Shown here: positions 31,560 to 41,027 of the stretch, piece after piece
Layout of the letters: each line of letters starts with the position of its first letter
How positions within the stretch are numbered: the stretch's first letter is position 1
Assembly: GCA_963698905.1 (NCBI GenBank)
Contig: CAVOSP010000003.1
Span: 1,623,126 to 1,687,125 of the forward strand
Origin: Pirellulaceae bacterium
GTDB taxonomy: Bacteria; Planctomycetota; Planctomycetia; Pirellulales; Pirellulaceae
Length of the DNA stretch: 64,000 nt
Direction: 5' to 3'
The notes under the pieces: generated by a model
Told to the model about the DNA's origin: nothing
Seen by the model: only the letters and a program-made list of their open reading frames with translations
Database searches by the model: none
Made by a program: the position numbers and the translations under genes

Positions 31560-31723
31560 GTTTCACGCGCCCGGTTTCCACGCGCCCGGTTTCCACACGC
31601 CCGGTTTCCACACGCCCGGTTTCCACACGCCCGGTTTCCACACGCCCGGTTTCCACACGGCCTGTTTCCACACGGCCTGTTTCCACACGGCCGGTTTCCA
31701 CACGGCCGGTTTCATTGGCCGGC
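31560..31723. repeat. 15-bp tandem repeat array, ~10.5 units, with graded variants
   Basis: Read directly from the sequence: gtttcacgcgcccg (14 nt), gtttccacgcgcccg x1, gtttccacacgcccg x4, gtttccacacggcct x2, gtttccacacggccg x2, and a decayed unit gtttcattggccg. It is intergenic, ~100 bp upstream of the lipoprotein gene start. Confidence 0.97.
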
Positions 31724-31797
31724 AATGTGCGGGGACGCGATCAGTGTTGCTAGCGTCGCAAAACGAGCCGTATCGGTTCTGATTCGAATCCGACAGT

Positions 31798-32106
31798 CTA
31801 GGAAGCGGCTGCCTCTGGACTGGCCGTACGGCGGCGACGCTTGCGGGGTTTGGCAGCACCCCACTCTTTGGTTAGTGCCTCGAACACCTCTGGTGATTCG
31901 TAACGAACGATGTTCTTGCCTTCGGGGATTGGACCAACCAAACCACGGAAGACAGGCATACCGCGCAGTTCCAAATCAGTGCTGCAGTCGTCGGTGCCAA
32001 TCTGATGGTGCAGCTTCAGCAGAGGATCACAGGTGGGATAGTCACGAATTAGCAGCGAACCGTCACTCGCTCGAGTGACGATACGGAACGTATCTTTGTT
32101 AGACAT
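31798..32106 (-). CDS. hypothetical small protein with basic C-terminal tail
   Basis: 102 aa from ATG 32106 (MSNKDTFRIVTRASDG...), ending in KPRKRRRRTASPEAAAS. No family was recognised. Confidence 0.5.
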   Translation of the reverse strand: MSNKDTFRIVTRASDGSLLIRDYPTCDPLLKLHHQIGTDDCSTDLELRGMPVFRGLVGPIPEGKNIVRYESPEVFEALTKEWGAAKPRKRRRRTASPEAAAS

Positions 32107-32258
32107 AGTTTGCTCGGGAGGAAAGCATGTTCGGGAGGAGACCGGAGGAGTCCGAAGACGCCACACCGGTCGAACCAAATAGAGATCGTCGTTGAAGGGG
32201 TGTCGATGCGAACAAAGTTTCGCTAGCCGCTACACGCCGATCGATTCTGGTAAGGCGG

Positions 32259-33572
32259 TCAATCCGAACGACCGGAACGCTGAATCAACTCGCCGATCTC
32301 CAGCAGGTAGACTTGGCGGCCGCCATCATGCGGGCTGTCGATCGCGACCAAAGTCCCATCATTGTTGCTGCGCGGGTGGGTGTCACAGCGCCATTGACCG
32401 CGATAGTTTCGAGGCGATGGAAAGTGTCCAAGATCAAATCGATGGCCGCTCGGTTCGTGATACAGATAGACCGTTTGCCGCGAAGTTGCCGGATCTGGAT
32501 AGGTGTCGTTCAAAATCCAATCGTCATGGGGGGCTGGCAGGTAGGTGTTGTGACCATTGACGGGCATTTTCTCATGGCCTACCGCAACCACCTGCCGTGT
32601 CTTGTCGGTGAATCGATAGAATCCCGGCGGCCGACCGGCGGGCTGTGTCCAGATCGTTGCGACCTGGTCGTCCTTCCAGATGAAATGTGAGGTGTGTCCA
32701 CTGGGATCAAGTACATAAGGTTCGCTGCCGTCGACGTTCGCCGTCAACATTCTGGTCACAAAACCTCCCTGAAATTCGAGCGTCCGAGGGTCAAACTTGG
32801 GCCGGTAGCGATGCAGAACGATAAAACGTTTGCCGGACGGATTGATCAGCAGATGGTTGAAGTAGTGCCACGCGTCGTCTCGGGTTCGCCCGTCATCCCA
32901 GGGAACCGCCGCAACATCGGCTAGCGACATGATCAATTTTGCAACGCCCGTTTCCAGGTCGACTCGCCATACTCCCGAATCCGCTGGGGCTCGAACACCC
33001 ACATTCGGGTCGGCAAGACCGTCGTAACCGTAGCCCGGGCGTAAGTTGTCGATGCGACGAAAATCGACTGACAAACCAAAGCTGCCATCCGGTGAAATTG
33101 TATAAATTGGTCGATCGATCGTCCGTACCTGCCGGTCGGCGACCGAATAGATGCGGCAAACAAACGCGTCGCCCTCGCGGTCGTTCCAAAGGATCTTTTC
33201 ACCGCGATTGCCAACCCATTGCAACATGCAGCCTTGTTGCCAACCCCAAGCGCGGCTGGACCCGATTTGCTGCCAGCGATCCTCATTCTTGATGTCCACA
33301 TAACCGACATTGATGGAATCCGCGCCCGTGGGAGCGCGGCCTTCGAAATCGACTTGATTGGCCAGCACGAATCGATTGCCTGGATCGAACTCTCGCTTGT
33401 CGTAATACCCGAACCAGTGGTTGGTCGGGCCGTGAGTGATCGCCCTGGTGGGAACAAAGGTTTCCAGCGGACCGGTTTCGGCAGCCGACGATGCCAACGG
33501 AACCTGAGCCATGCTCAGCCCGCCGGCAGCTTGCACGATCGAGCGTTGGAATTGACGGCGCGACAGACGCAT
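32259..33572 (-). CDS. Tat-exported periplasmic protein, probably a beta-propeller (TolB/oligogalacturonide-lyase-like)
   Basis: Twin-arginine signal MRLSRRQFQRSIVQAAGGLSMA. Repeated W/G/D-rich strand-like segments are present. The functional family was not resolved. Confidence 0.65.
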   Translation of the reverse strand: MRLSRRQFQRSIVQAAGGLSMAQVPLASSAAETGPLETFVPTRAITHGPTNHWFGYYDKREFDPGNRFVLANQVDFEGRAPTGADSINVGYVDIKNEDRWQQIGSSRAWGWQQGCMLQWVGNRGEKILWNDREGDAFVCRIYSVADRQVRTIDRPIYTISPDGSFGLSVDFRRIDNLRPGYGYDGLADPNVGVRAPADSGVWRVDLETGVAKLIMSLADVAAVPWDDGRTRDDAWHYFNHLLINPSGKRFIVLHRYRPKFDPRTLEFQGGFVTRMLTANVDGSEPYVLDPSGHTSHFIWKDDQVATIWTQPAGRPPGFYRFTDKTRQVVAVGHEKMPVNGHNTYLPAPHDDWILNDTYPDPATSRQTVYLYHEPSGHRFDLGHFPSPRNYRGQWRCDTHPRSNNDGTLVAIDSPHDGGRQVYLLEIGELIQRSGRSD

Positions 33573-34050
33573 CTGGATCCCCCCGACTAGTCAGTTTATC
33601 TAACGCTGTTCTTTGTAAGTGATCCAGCTCAGATAGATCAGCATTCCGGCCATCGCCGCGAACACAATATCCATCAGTAATCTTGCGCCCCGAAGATCGC
33701 CAGCCCCTGCATGCCAAGCATGCTGGTGACGGCATCTTCCAGAAACAGGACGACGATCAAGATCGACGCCACAAGGCTGGTCAGGCAAAGAGCCTTGGGC
33801 ATCAACAACCTCGCCAGAGTGACTCGCAAGTGAGAAAAAACCGAGCTGATTTCACGATCGTGGTCGCAGTATAGTTAGAAATTCCGCGGTTTCCCATTGC
33901 CCGTCGGCATCAATCCCGCTGACCACCCTAGCATCGATTGTGATCGAACAAACATAGTAATTCTGACGGCTGGACGGATTGTGATGATTGGTCGATAAAC
34001 TGTTGTAGGCCATCCTCTCGTACACCAGCCGACTGCTCAGGTGTCTCGCT

Positions 34051-35247
34051 TTGAAATTCGATCAACAAGCAAACGACGATTCGCAACTCCTGCAACTGAA
34101 ACCTTGGCAATGGTGGCGTGATCAGATGCCAATCGCCACGCGGTGGGCCTACCTGGACCACGCCGCTGTCGCGCCGATCAGTCAGGGAGCCCGAGAGGCA
34201 ATCGTGCGGTTTTCGGATCAAGCGGCGACACTCGGGGACACCGTCTGGCCACAATGGGCCGCAACCACCGATCAACTCCGAAGCAACTTCGCCAGTTTGC
34301 TGGGCTGTCACAGCGACGAGGTCTGTTTGGTTCCCAACACGACCACAGGCATTAACCTGGTGGCCGAAGGCTATCCCTGGCGGAGCGGCGACAATGTGGT
34401 GATTCCGGAAGGCGAATTTCCCAGCAATCTGTTCCCCTGGCTGAACCAACAATCGCGCGGCGTGGAAGTTCGCATTGTGCCACGCGTCAATGGCCAAGTT
34501 CGCGTCGAGGACCTAATCTCGCGAGTTGACCGGGCGACGCGCATGATCGCGGTCAGCTGGGTCGGCTACGCCAGCGGATTTCGAATCGACCTTGATACGC
34601 TGGTCGAGCAAGCGCACCAGCGAAACGTGCTGGTCTCGTTGGACGCCATCCAGGGGGTAGGCATGTATCCGCTTGACCTGGCCAAAACACCCGTCGATTT
34701 TCTCGCGGCCGATGGTCACAAATGGTTGCTCGGTCCGGAAGGCGCCGGAGTAGCGGTAATCCGGTCCGAGCACATCGAGACGTTGCGATGTGGAAACATT
34801 GGCTGGGGCAGCGTCAAAAACTCGCACAATTACGCGAGCCCGTCGATGGATTTGCGAACGGGCGCGGCCAGGTTTGAATCGGGATCCGCAAATATGGTCG
34901 GCGCGGCGGCGCTGAATGCAAGTCTGGAAATGTTCTTGAAAGTACGCGACTGCCACGGGCCGGAAGCGATCGCGCGTCGAGTGACGGAGTTGGCCGCATC
35001 GCTCTGTCAGTCACTGCAAGCGGTCGGTGCCACTGCCAGTCTTCCCGAATCCGCTGCCAATCGCAGCGGCATTCTGAAGTTCGAGCTTCCCGGCGTTGAG
35101 CCTGCCGATTTCCGCCGCCAAGCTTTGCAGCAGGATGTCGTGGTCAGCTGCCGAGGTGGCGGGGTCCGCGCCAGCATCCACGCTTACAATGACGCCGGCG
35201 ATCTGGAACGATTGGTCGATGTCGTCCGCCAAATCACTGCTAGATAG
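34051..35247 (+). CDS. class V aminotransferase-fold PLP enzyme (cysteine desulfurase / selenocysteine lyase-like)
   Basis: YLDHAAVAPIS ... AADGHKWLLGPEGAGV (PLP lysine context). The start is uncertain: TTG 34051 or an internal ATG. Confidence 0.85.
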   Translation: MKFDQQANDDSQLLQLKPWQWWRDQMPIATRWAYLDHAAVAPISQGAREAIVRFSDQAATLGDTVWPQWAATTDQLRSNFASLLGCHSDEVCLVPNTTTGINLVAEGYPWRSGDNVVIPEGEFPSNLFPWLNQQSRGVEVRIVPRVNGQVRVEDLISRVDRATRMIAVSWVGYASGFRIDLDTLVEQAHQRNVLVSLDAIQGVGMYPLDLAKTPVDFLAADGHKWLLGPEGAGVAVIRSEHIETLRCGNIGWGSVKNSHNYASPSMDLRTGAARFESGSANMVGAAALNASLEMFLKVRDCHGPEAIARRVTELAASLCQSLQAVGATASLPESAANRSGILKFELPGVEPADFRRQALQQDVVVSCRGGGVRASIHAYNDAGDLERLVDVVRQITAR

Positions 35248-35286
35248 CGGTCTGCCGCAGTCAAGCCAAGCTTCTCGTACACCAAG

Positions 35287-36081
35287 CTACTCGTTGCTGG
35301 AGTCCGGCGGACCGCGCCGTCGGCCTCCTGACCCGGGTCCACCCGAACCTGGACCGCGCCCCGGGCCGCCTCGACCAAAGCCTCGATCAGGCATTTCGAA
35401 CGGCTCACCCTTCATTTTTTCGAACTGCGCTCGCTGGTCCTCGTTGAGTACCCCAAGAGTTTCTTGATCAACTTCCTTGCGTAACTCGTCGAACGCTTCT
35501 CGCATCCCAGTACGATCGCCCGACTGGAACAGTTCCTGCATCTTTTCCCTCATCTTGGTCTGCGTCGATTCACGTACCTCGGCGAGCTTGGCGACCTGCT
35601 CCGGCGACACCTTCAGCTGTTCGCGGACCTCTGGGTCATTTAGCGCTCGTGCGCCACGGACTTGCAACGAGATTTGATCGAGTCTCTCGATCTGATCCGG
35701 CAGCAAAACCTCTTCCAGTTTCTCCTTAGTCTCCTTGGCTCGTGCAGCTAACTCGGTTTGCAACTTTTCAAAAGCTGCTTTGCGTTCTTCTTCGCTCATA
35801 TCGCGAAAGTTCAGCCCGCCTCCGGCCGGTCTAGCCGAACGGCTCTGCTCGGCAAGTTTTTGCAACGCTTCATCCTGCTCCGGTGTGATCCCTAATTCCG
35901 CTTTGACTTCGTCGACTCTCAGCAAACCCATGGTGGGATCACCACCACGGCCTCCCGGTCCCCCGCCGCCGAATCCACCACGACGGCCCTGCCGTCCACC
36001 TTGTTGCGCGGCTAGATCGGATGCCGCGAGGGCCACGAAAGCAACCGCAAAGATGGCTGTCGTAATACGTGTCGGTTTCAT
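35287..36081 (-). CDS. secreted hypothetical protein with Gly/Arg-rich termini and helical E/K-rich core
   Basis: Signal peptide MKPTRITTAIFAVAFVALAASDLAAQ. GGRQGRRGGFGGGGPGGRGG at the N-terminus and GRGGPGRGPGSGGPGSGGRRRG at the C-terminus. Confidence 0.6.
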   Translation of the reverse strand: MKPTRITTAIFAVAFVALAASDLAAQQGGRQGRRGGFGGGGPGGRGGDPTMGLLRVDEVKAELGITPEQDEALQKLAEQSRSARPAGGGLNFRDMSEEERKAAFEKLQTELAARAKETKEKLEEVLLPDQIERLDQISLQVRGARALNDPEVREQLKVSPEQVAKLAEVRESTQTKMREKMQELFQSGDRTGMREAFDELRKEVDQETLGVLNEDQRAQFEKMKGEPFEMPDRGFGRGGPGRGPGSGGPGSGGRRRGPPDSSNE

Positions 36082-36554
36082 GTTTGATTTTTCCAGCAGG
36101 TGAGAAGAGACCCGTCCGGGTGTCGTGCTGACGCCCCGCTATAATAGAAACCGGCTGCTTTTCTCAGGGTTTCGGAAAAGTATAAAAAAGTCAGAGATTT
36201 ACCGCAGGACCCGGCTTCACGATTTCAGTGTCGGTGATTTTTCCCGTACTTTCGTCATTCTCGGCTCGCCCTCGCTATGCGTTTTGGAAAACGGGGCTTT
36301 GGCGGCGAATTCACGGCAACCATCGCAACGCACGATCGCCGCTAGCCAACTCGACCGGCTTGGCGATCCAGCTTACGCGATCGTGACCTTTGACATCCAC
36401 AGAGTGAATCTTTCGATCGGGAGATTGCCAGCTTGCGGCTCGGGCGGAGCCTTGCCCTGCCAACACGAATTGCCGTGAAACAGTCTGCCGGAAACAGACT
36501 GCCGGCGAAACGCTCTGGCGTTTGCCGCTTTGATGTTGTTAAGCAAGTTGCTCT

Positions 36555-37025
36555 GTGATTCCATTTCCTTCCCAGCGTCTTGATGCTGCCTTGAAACCTG
36601 CTTTCGCTAACTTACGATTTTCCGCCTTCACCGCGATTCTGACGCTGCTAGCCTGCAGCGGTTGCGTGCGGCGACGGATGATGGTGCGGACCAATCCGCC
36701 CGGTGCCACGGTTTCGGTCGACAACCAAGTGATCGGTACATCGCCAGCCGCCACCCCATTTGTGTACTATGGGACGCGGGAGTTTCGGATCGAAAGGGAC
36801 GGATATCGGACCGAGACCATTCGGCGGCGATTCAATCCACCCTGGTACGAGCTTCCCGGGCTTGATTTTATCAGCGAGACTTTATGGCCTGGCGAGATTC
36901 GTGACGAACGGATTATCGATGTCGAAATGGTTCCACTGACGCGAGAACCGACTGAAAATGTTGTCCAACGTGCCGATGCGCTGCGCAACCAATCCCGCGC
37001 CGGCGTGGTCACAGCGCCGCGTTGA
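36555..37025 (+). CDS. PEGA-domain lipoprotein
   Basis: Lipobox LTLLACSGC, followed by VRTNPPGATVSVDNQVIGTSP, a PEGA-type strand pattern. Confidence 0.7.
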   Translation: MIPFPSQRLDAALKPAFANLRFSAFTAILTLLACSGCVRRRMMVRTNPPGATVSVDNQVIGTSPAATPFVYYGTREFRIERDGYRTETIRRRFNPPWYELPGLDFISETLWPGEIRDERIIDVEMVPLTREPTENVVQRADALRNQSRAGVVTAPR

Positions 37026-37050
37026 CCATTTCACCGTCGCCTGAGCGATC

Positions 37051-39543
37051 ATGCAGCTGAGCCGCGCGAGTCTGTTCATCGCCCCTCTGCTGATCCTGTA
37101 TCTATTCGCGCCGACCCTTGTCGGCATAGAGCGACTGGCGTTTCGTGATGTGAGCCACTTTTACACGCCGCTGTACGACTATGTCGCCGCGCGGACAGCG
37201 CAGCAATGGCTGCCGCTATGGAATCCGCTGGACCAAACCGGTTTGCCATTGATCGGCGAAACCACGACCGCCGTTTTGTATCCACCGCGATATCTGCTGT
37301 TCTTATTACCAATCGCGACGGAGACGGCGCTGGCTTGGTACGTGGTGGCACATTTGATTTTGGCCTCGGTGACCGCAAGGTGGGCGGCCTGCCAGTCCGA
37401 AATGAGTCCTCAGGCGGCCAATTTGGCTGGGATCATGTACCCGCTCTCGGGCAGCGTGTTGTTCCTGTATACCAACCCCCCTTTTTTGGTCGGTGCCGCT
37501 TGGCTACCGCTGGTCTTGGGGGTGATGCTGTCGAAGCAAGCGACCAGCAACCGAGTGCGAATCCTGATCGCAGCCCCAGCTTTGGCAATGATGGTCCTGG
37601 GCGGCGATCCACAAACCGCGACCAATGCGATGATCGTGATCGCTTGCTTTTATGTAACGCAACAACTCGGCTATGCGCGAACCAGTCTCTCTGTGGTATC
37701 GGTTCTGGCGGTTCCGTTTCTTGCTGCGGTGTTGTCAGCGCCTCAATTGGCGGCGTCGCTGTCGTGGAGTCGTCAAAGTGATCGAATGGTTTCGGCCGGG
37801 TCGTGGGATTGGTTTGGTCCACCGGCACCGGGGAGCAAACGATTTGAGTCAATGGAGTTCTCAGTTCCACCCTGGCATCTGACGGAACTGGCAACCGCCA
37901 ACCCGTTTGGTTCCCTGTTTCCGATCTATCGGCGAACCAGCCAGTTGCTGCCTGGTGACGGTCGAACCTGGACGCCCACAATCTACATGGGCATGCTGGT
38001 CATCGCCGCCATCGGAATCTCACTAAGCAATCGGCCGCGACCGCCGTGCAATCGTTGGACCATGATCGCAATCGGCAGTCTGGCTTTGGCGCTGGGTCAG
38101 TTCGGTTTGGTGATGTTGGTCCAGTCCACCACCGGTCTGATGCCGAATGTCGATAGCGCGGCGGGAGGGCCGTACTGGTTGTTGTATCATTGCTTACCCG
38201 GGTATGACGCATTTCGCTATCCCGCCAAGTGGTTAACGCCCTTTGCGCTGGCCGTATCGATCTGGACCGCCGCTGTGCTGGATCGATCCACCTTTCCAAA
38301 AGTAAAGTGGCTTTGGTTGGCAATCGGAGCGGCAGCCTTCGCGATCGCGATTGCGATTGTCGCCGCGTTGCGGTCCAATCCGAGCTGGATCACGAACCAC
38401 ATGGAACGATTGCCGGTCGACGAATTTTGGGGACCGCTACAAATCGGTGGTGGGCTGGCACAACTTCAATGGTCGATCGTTCAATCCACAATCGTGCTGC
38501 TCGCTGTGATGGCGCTTGGGCATTTGAGTTTGACCAAACCGGTCCAATGGTTCGCGCTGTTGGTCATCGTGGCGATTGATTTAGCTTTGGCAGGCCAGGC
38601 AATGATTGCCACAGTTCCCAGCTCGCGCGAACAACGGCTCGTTGATCAGCGAGCGCCCGCGGGATTCCCTGCCGGATCCAGATGGATGCGGACTCAGAGC
38701 GGTGACGGCTGGCCCGACGAGTGGAAGCTGACTAGCGATCCGGATCGAATGCTGGATGTCGAGGCCAGTTTACGCATCAGTCGCTTTGGCCGCTGGCATC
38801 TGACTGATCGGATCGGCATACTGAACAACATGGTTTCGATCCAGAGTCAAGGAACGGCTGAGTTCTGGAAAGCGACGCGTGATCTGACAGCCGAGATGAC
38901 GGCAAGTCAGCGTAACGAATTTTGGCAGGGCATCCGCCAGTGGTTGATCATTGACGGCGTGATTCATGTACCAGGGTCAATCACGGAAACGGCTGACGGG
39001 GATCGGGTCGCCCAGCTGATCGAGCATCGCGAACTTTGGCGGCCACAAACCCGGACTCTGCGATTGGCCGCGGGTGTCACCGCCGAAGCGGTTGCCGAAC
39101 GCAACAATCAGAACTTCGCTCGACGATTGATCAAACTGACACAGGAATCAGACGACCGATTGGTTCGCGTTGGCCGAGTAACGGGCAGCAATGACGATGC
39201 AGTTTATTCATCGGTTCGGCTGGACGAGAGCGGATTGGTGTCTCGACCTGTCTTTCAAGATGGACATTGGGTAGCCAAGTTCAGCGCGGCGGGAGAGCAA
39301 CAGTGGGAAACGACGCCGGTGTATCAGGTGGATCGATTGACTCAAGGAGTGATCTTGCCGCGCGGCCAATGGGACATCTGCTTTCAGTACAAACCGCGTT
39401 GGCTGCCATGGTCGCTGGCGATTGCGGCAGTCGCGTGGATCTGCCTGGCAGTCGTTACTGTACTGCGAGTTCGTCATCGGTTATCGGCGCGAGGTTCCGG
39501 TGAAGTGACCTTCGGGTCAAAGACCAAACGCCAATCGACTTGA
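37051..39543 (+). CDS. large polytopic membrane protein, YfhO-like (putative glycosyl/lipid carrier-dependent transferase)
   Basis: 830 aa with more than 10 predicted TM helices and an N-terminal FRDVSHFYTPLYDY motif region resembling YfhO-family proteins. The assignment is hedged. Confidence 0.65.
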   Translation: MQLSRASLFIAPLLILYLFAPTLVGIERLAFRDVSHFYTPLYDYVAARTAQQWLPLWNPLDQTGLPLIGETTTAVLYPPRYLLFLLPIATETALAWYVVAHLILASVTARWAACQSEMSPQAANLAGIMYPLSGSVLFLYTNPPFLVGAAWLPLVLGVMLSKQATSNRVRILIAAPALAMMVLGGDPQTATNAMIVIACFYVTQQLGYARTSLSVVSVLAVPFLAAVLSAPQLAASLSWSRQSDRMVSAGSWDWFGPPAPGSKRFESMEFSVPPWHLTELATANPFGSLFPIYRRTSQLLPGDGRTWTPTIYMGMLVIAAIGISLSNRPRPPCNRWTMIAIGSLALALGQFGLVMLVQSTTGLMPNVDSAAGGPYWLLYHCLPGYDAFRYPAKWLTPFALAVSIWTAAVLDRSTFPKVKWLWLAIGAAAFAIAIAIVAALRSNPSWITNHMERLPVDEFWGPLQIGGGLAQLQWSIVQSTIVLLAVMALGHLSLTKPVQWFALLVIVAIDLALAGQAMIATVPSSREQRLVDQRAPAGFPAGSRWMRTQSGDGWPDEWKLTSDPDRMLDVEASLRISRFGRWHLTDRIGILNNMVSIQSQGTAEFWKATRDLTAEMTASQRNEFWQGIRQWLIIDGVIHVPGSITETADGDRVAQLIEHRELWRPQTRTLRLAAGVTAEAVAERNNQNFARRLIKLTQESDDRLVRVGRVTGSNDDAVYSSVRLDESGLVSRPVFQDGHWVAKFSAAGEQQWETTPVYQVDRLTQGVILPRGQWDICFQYKPRWLPWSLAIAAVAWICLAVVTVLRVRHRLSARGSGEVTFGSKTKRQST

Positions 39544-39585
39544 GGGGCGGTTACCGCGATTCGTCACTAATTGTTTTCCAGTCCA

Positions 39586-41021
39586 TCACTTGCCGATGCA
39601 GAAGCGTGTGAAGACGCGATCAAGAATGTCGTCGGTGTAGATCGCACCGGTGACTTCGCCCAGGCAGCCGGCGCAGCGCCGCAGCTCGGCGGCGACGAAT
39701 TCGTGACCGTTTTGATTTTGTGTCAGCTCGATGGCATTTGAAACTGCTTCAAGTGCTAGATCCACCGACTGACCACAGCGGGCGGCTGTACCGATCACCG
39801 ACCGGACTTCCTCCTTGTCGCGGGCCGCGACGCTTTCGACAATCTTGCCCTCAACCAAATCGATCCCGTCCCCGGTGACGGCGCTGCAATGGATCCATCT
39901 GGTCCTATCCAGATTTTGTTGGCCGACGTCCGCCTTCGTGGCAACCCAAACATCAATCGTACCGGGCCTTTTAACCGATCTTGCCAAGTCGCTGAGGCGC
40001 TGGGCTTGAACAAGCGCATCGTCGCTACTGCTGTCGACGCACCAAATGCGAATTTCAGCTTCATCCGCGGCGCGTGTCGCTTGGAACTGGGCGTCGGCGA
40101 CGATCTGGTCGTCTGCGCGTTGGGCGCTTGCGGAGTGCGGCCGTCGTTCCCAGATTCTGGTTGTCTGATCGGCCGCCGCCGGATCGGTTGTTTCGATTCC
40201 CGCGGTGTCGACTAACCATACGACGTAGCCACTGAAATCAACCTCCGCGGAAACGAAATCGCGAGTCGTTCCCGCAGTCTCCGCGACGATCGAAACTTGT
40301 TTGCCGGCCAGTCGATTCATCAGCGAACTCTTGCCGGCATTCGGCTGGCCGCGCAGGGCGATGACGGGTCTGGCCGCCCCGCCGCCCCGCGATGCAATTG
40401 CGATGGACGTGTCGGCTAACTGTGACTTGATCTCGATCAGGCGATGAATCAGGGCGGCGTCGCTGATGAACTCGATGTCCTCATCGACAAAATCCAATCC
40501 GGCTTCCACATCGGCCAACAGATCCAGAATGGTAGATCGCATTTGGTTTAGTGGCCGAGCCAAGTTACCGGCGAGCTGCCGCAGCGCATGGTCCAGCGTA
40601 CCGCGACCTTCCGCTTCGATCACGCCCAGGACTGCTTCGGCTTGAGTCAGGTCCAGACGACCGGCCAAGAAGGCGCGCATCGTGAATTCACCGGGTCGCG
40701 CCCCCTTGCGCCAGCTGCGATCACGGCGTCAACAAGGGAGCGCAAGATTGGCAGGGAACCATAGGTTTGCAGTTCGGCTGATGGTTGACCGGAATAACTG
40801 CGCGATGACGGCCAAAGCAGCACGCTAACTGGGATTGTTCCGAGCGGCATGCCGACGTTCAGACTGGCATCGTAGCGCACGGAGCGCGCGCCGGAGGGGC
40901 AATCAACTCCCAGCCGCTCCAAAATGTTGGTCGTCTCGGTGCCTGAGATGCGAACCACCCCACGATTGGCTGGCGACGTGGGTGAGGCAATCGCGACGAT
41001 CGTATCGTCAATGTCCAGCAT
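39586..41021 (-). pseudogene. mnmE: tRNA modification GTPase MnmE (TrmE), split by an apparent 1-nt deletion in a C/G homopolymer at 40701-40705
   Basis: The N-terminal ORF (40647..41021) reads TIVAIASPTSPANRGVVRISG. The C-terminal ORF (39586..40680) reads [16 protein letters not shown], contains the G-domain GQPNAGKSSLMN and DTAG, and ends in the C-terminal CIGK. Adding one G to the GGGGG run restores ...[22 protein letters not shown]. Confidence 0.92.
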
Positions 41022-41027
41022 GGTGGA

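Noticed and set aside
31560-31723. Possible CRISPR array.
   Set aside because: The repeats are only 15 bp long and directly abut one another with no spacers. No cas genes are present in the window.
31375-32078. ORFs encoding pentapeptide repeats, (ETGRV)n on the minus strand and (ARFPH)n on the plus strand.
   Set aside because: They are a by-product of a 15-bp (3n) DNA repeat that keeps every frame open. Their flanks overlap better-supported genes (the lipoprotein N-terminus, and the antisense strand of 31798..32106) and are not protein-like.
23289-35247. The second class V PLP enzyme (34051..35247) as part of an extended suf/isc system with sufU-sufS.
   Set aside because: It lies 10 kb away on its own, with no scaffold or sufBCD genes nearby. 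Nothing in the sequence links the two loci.
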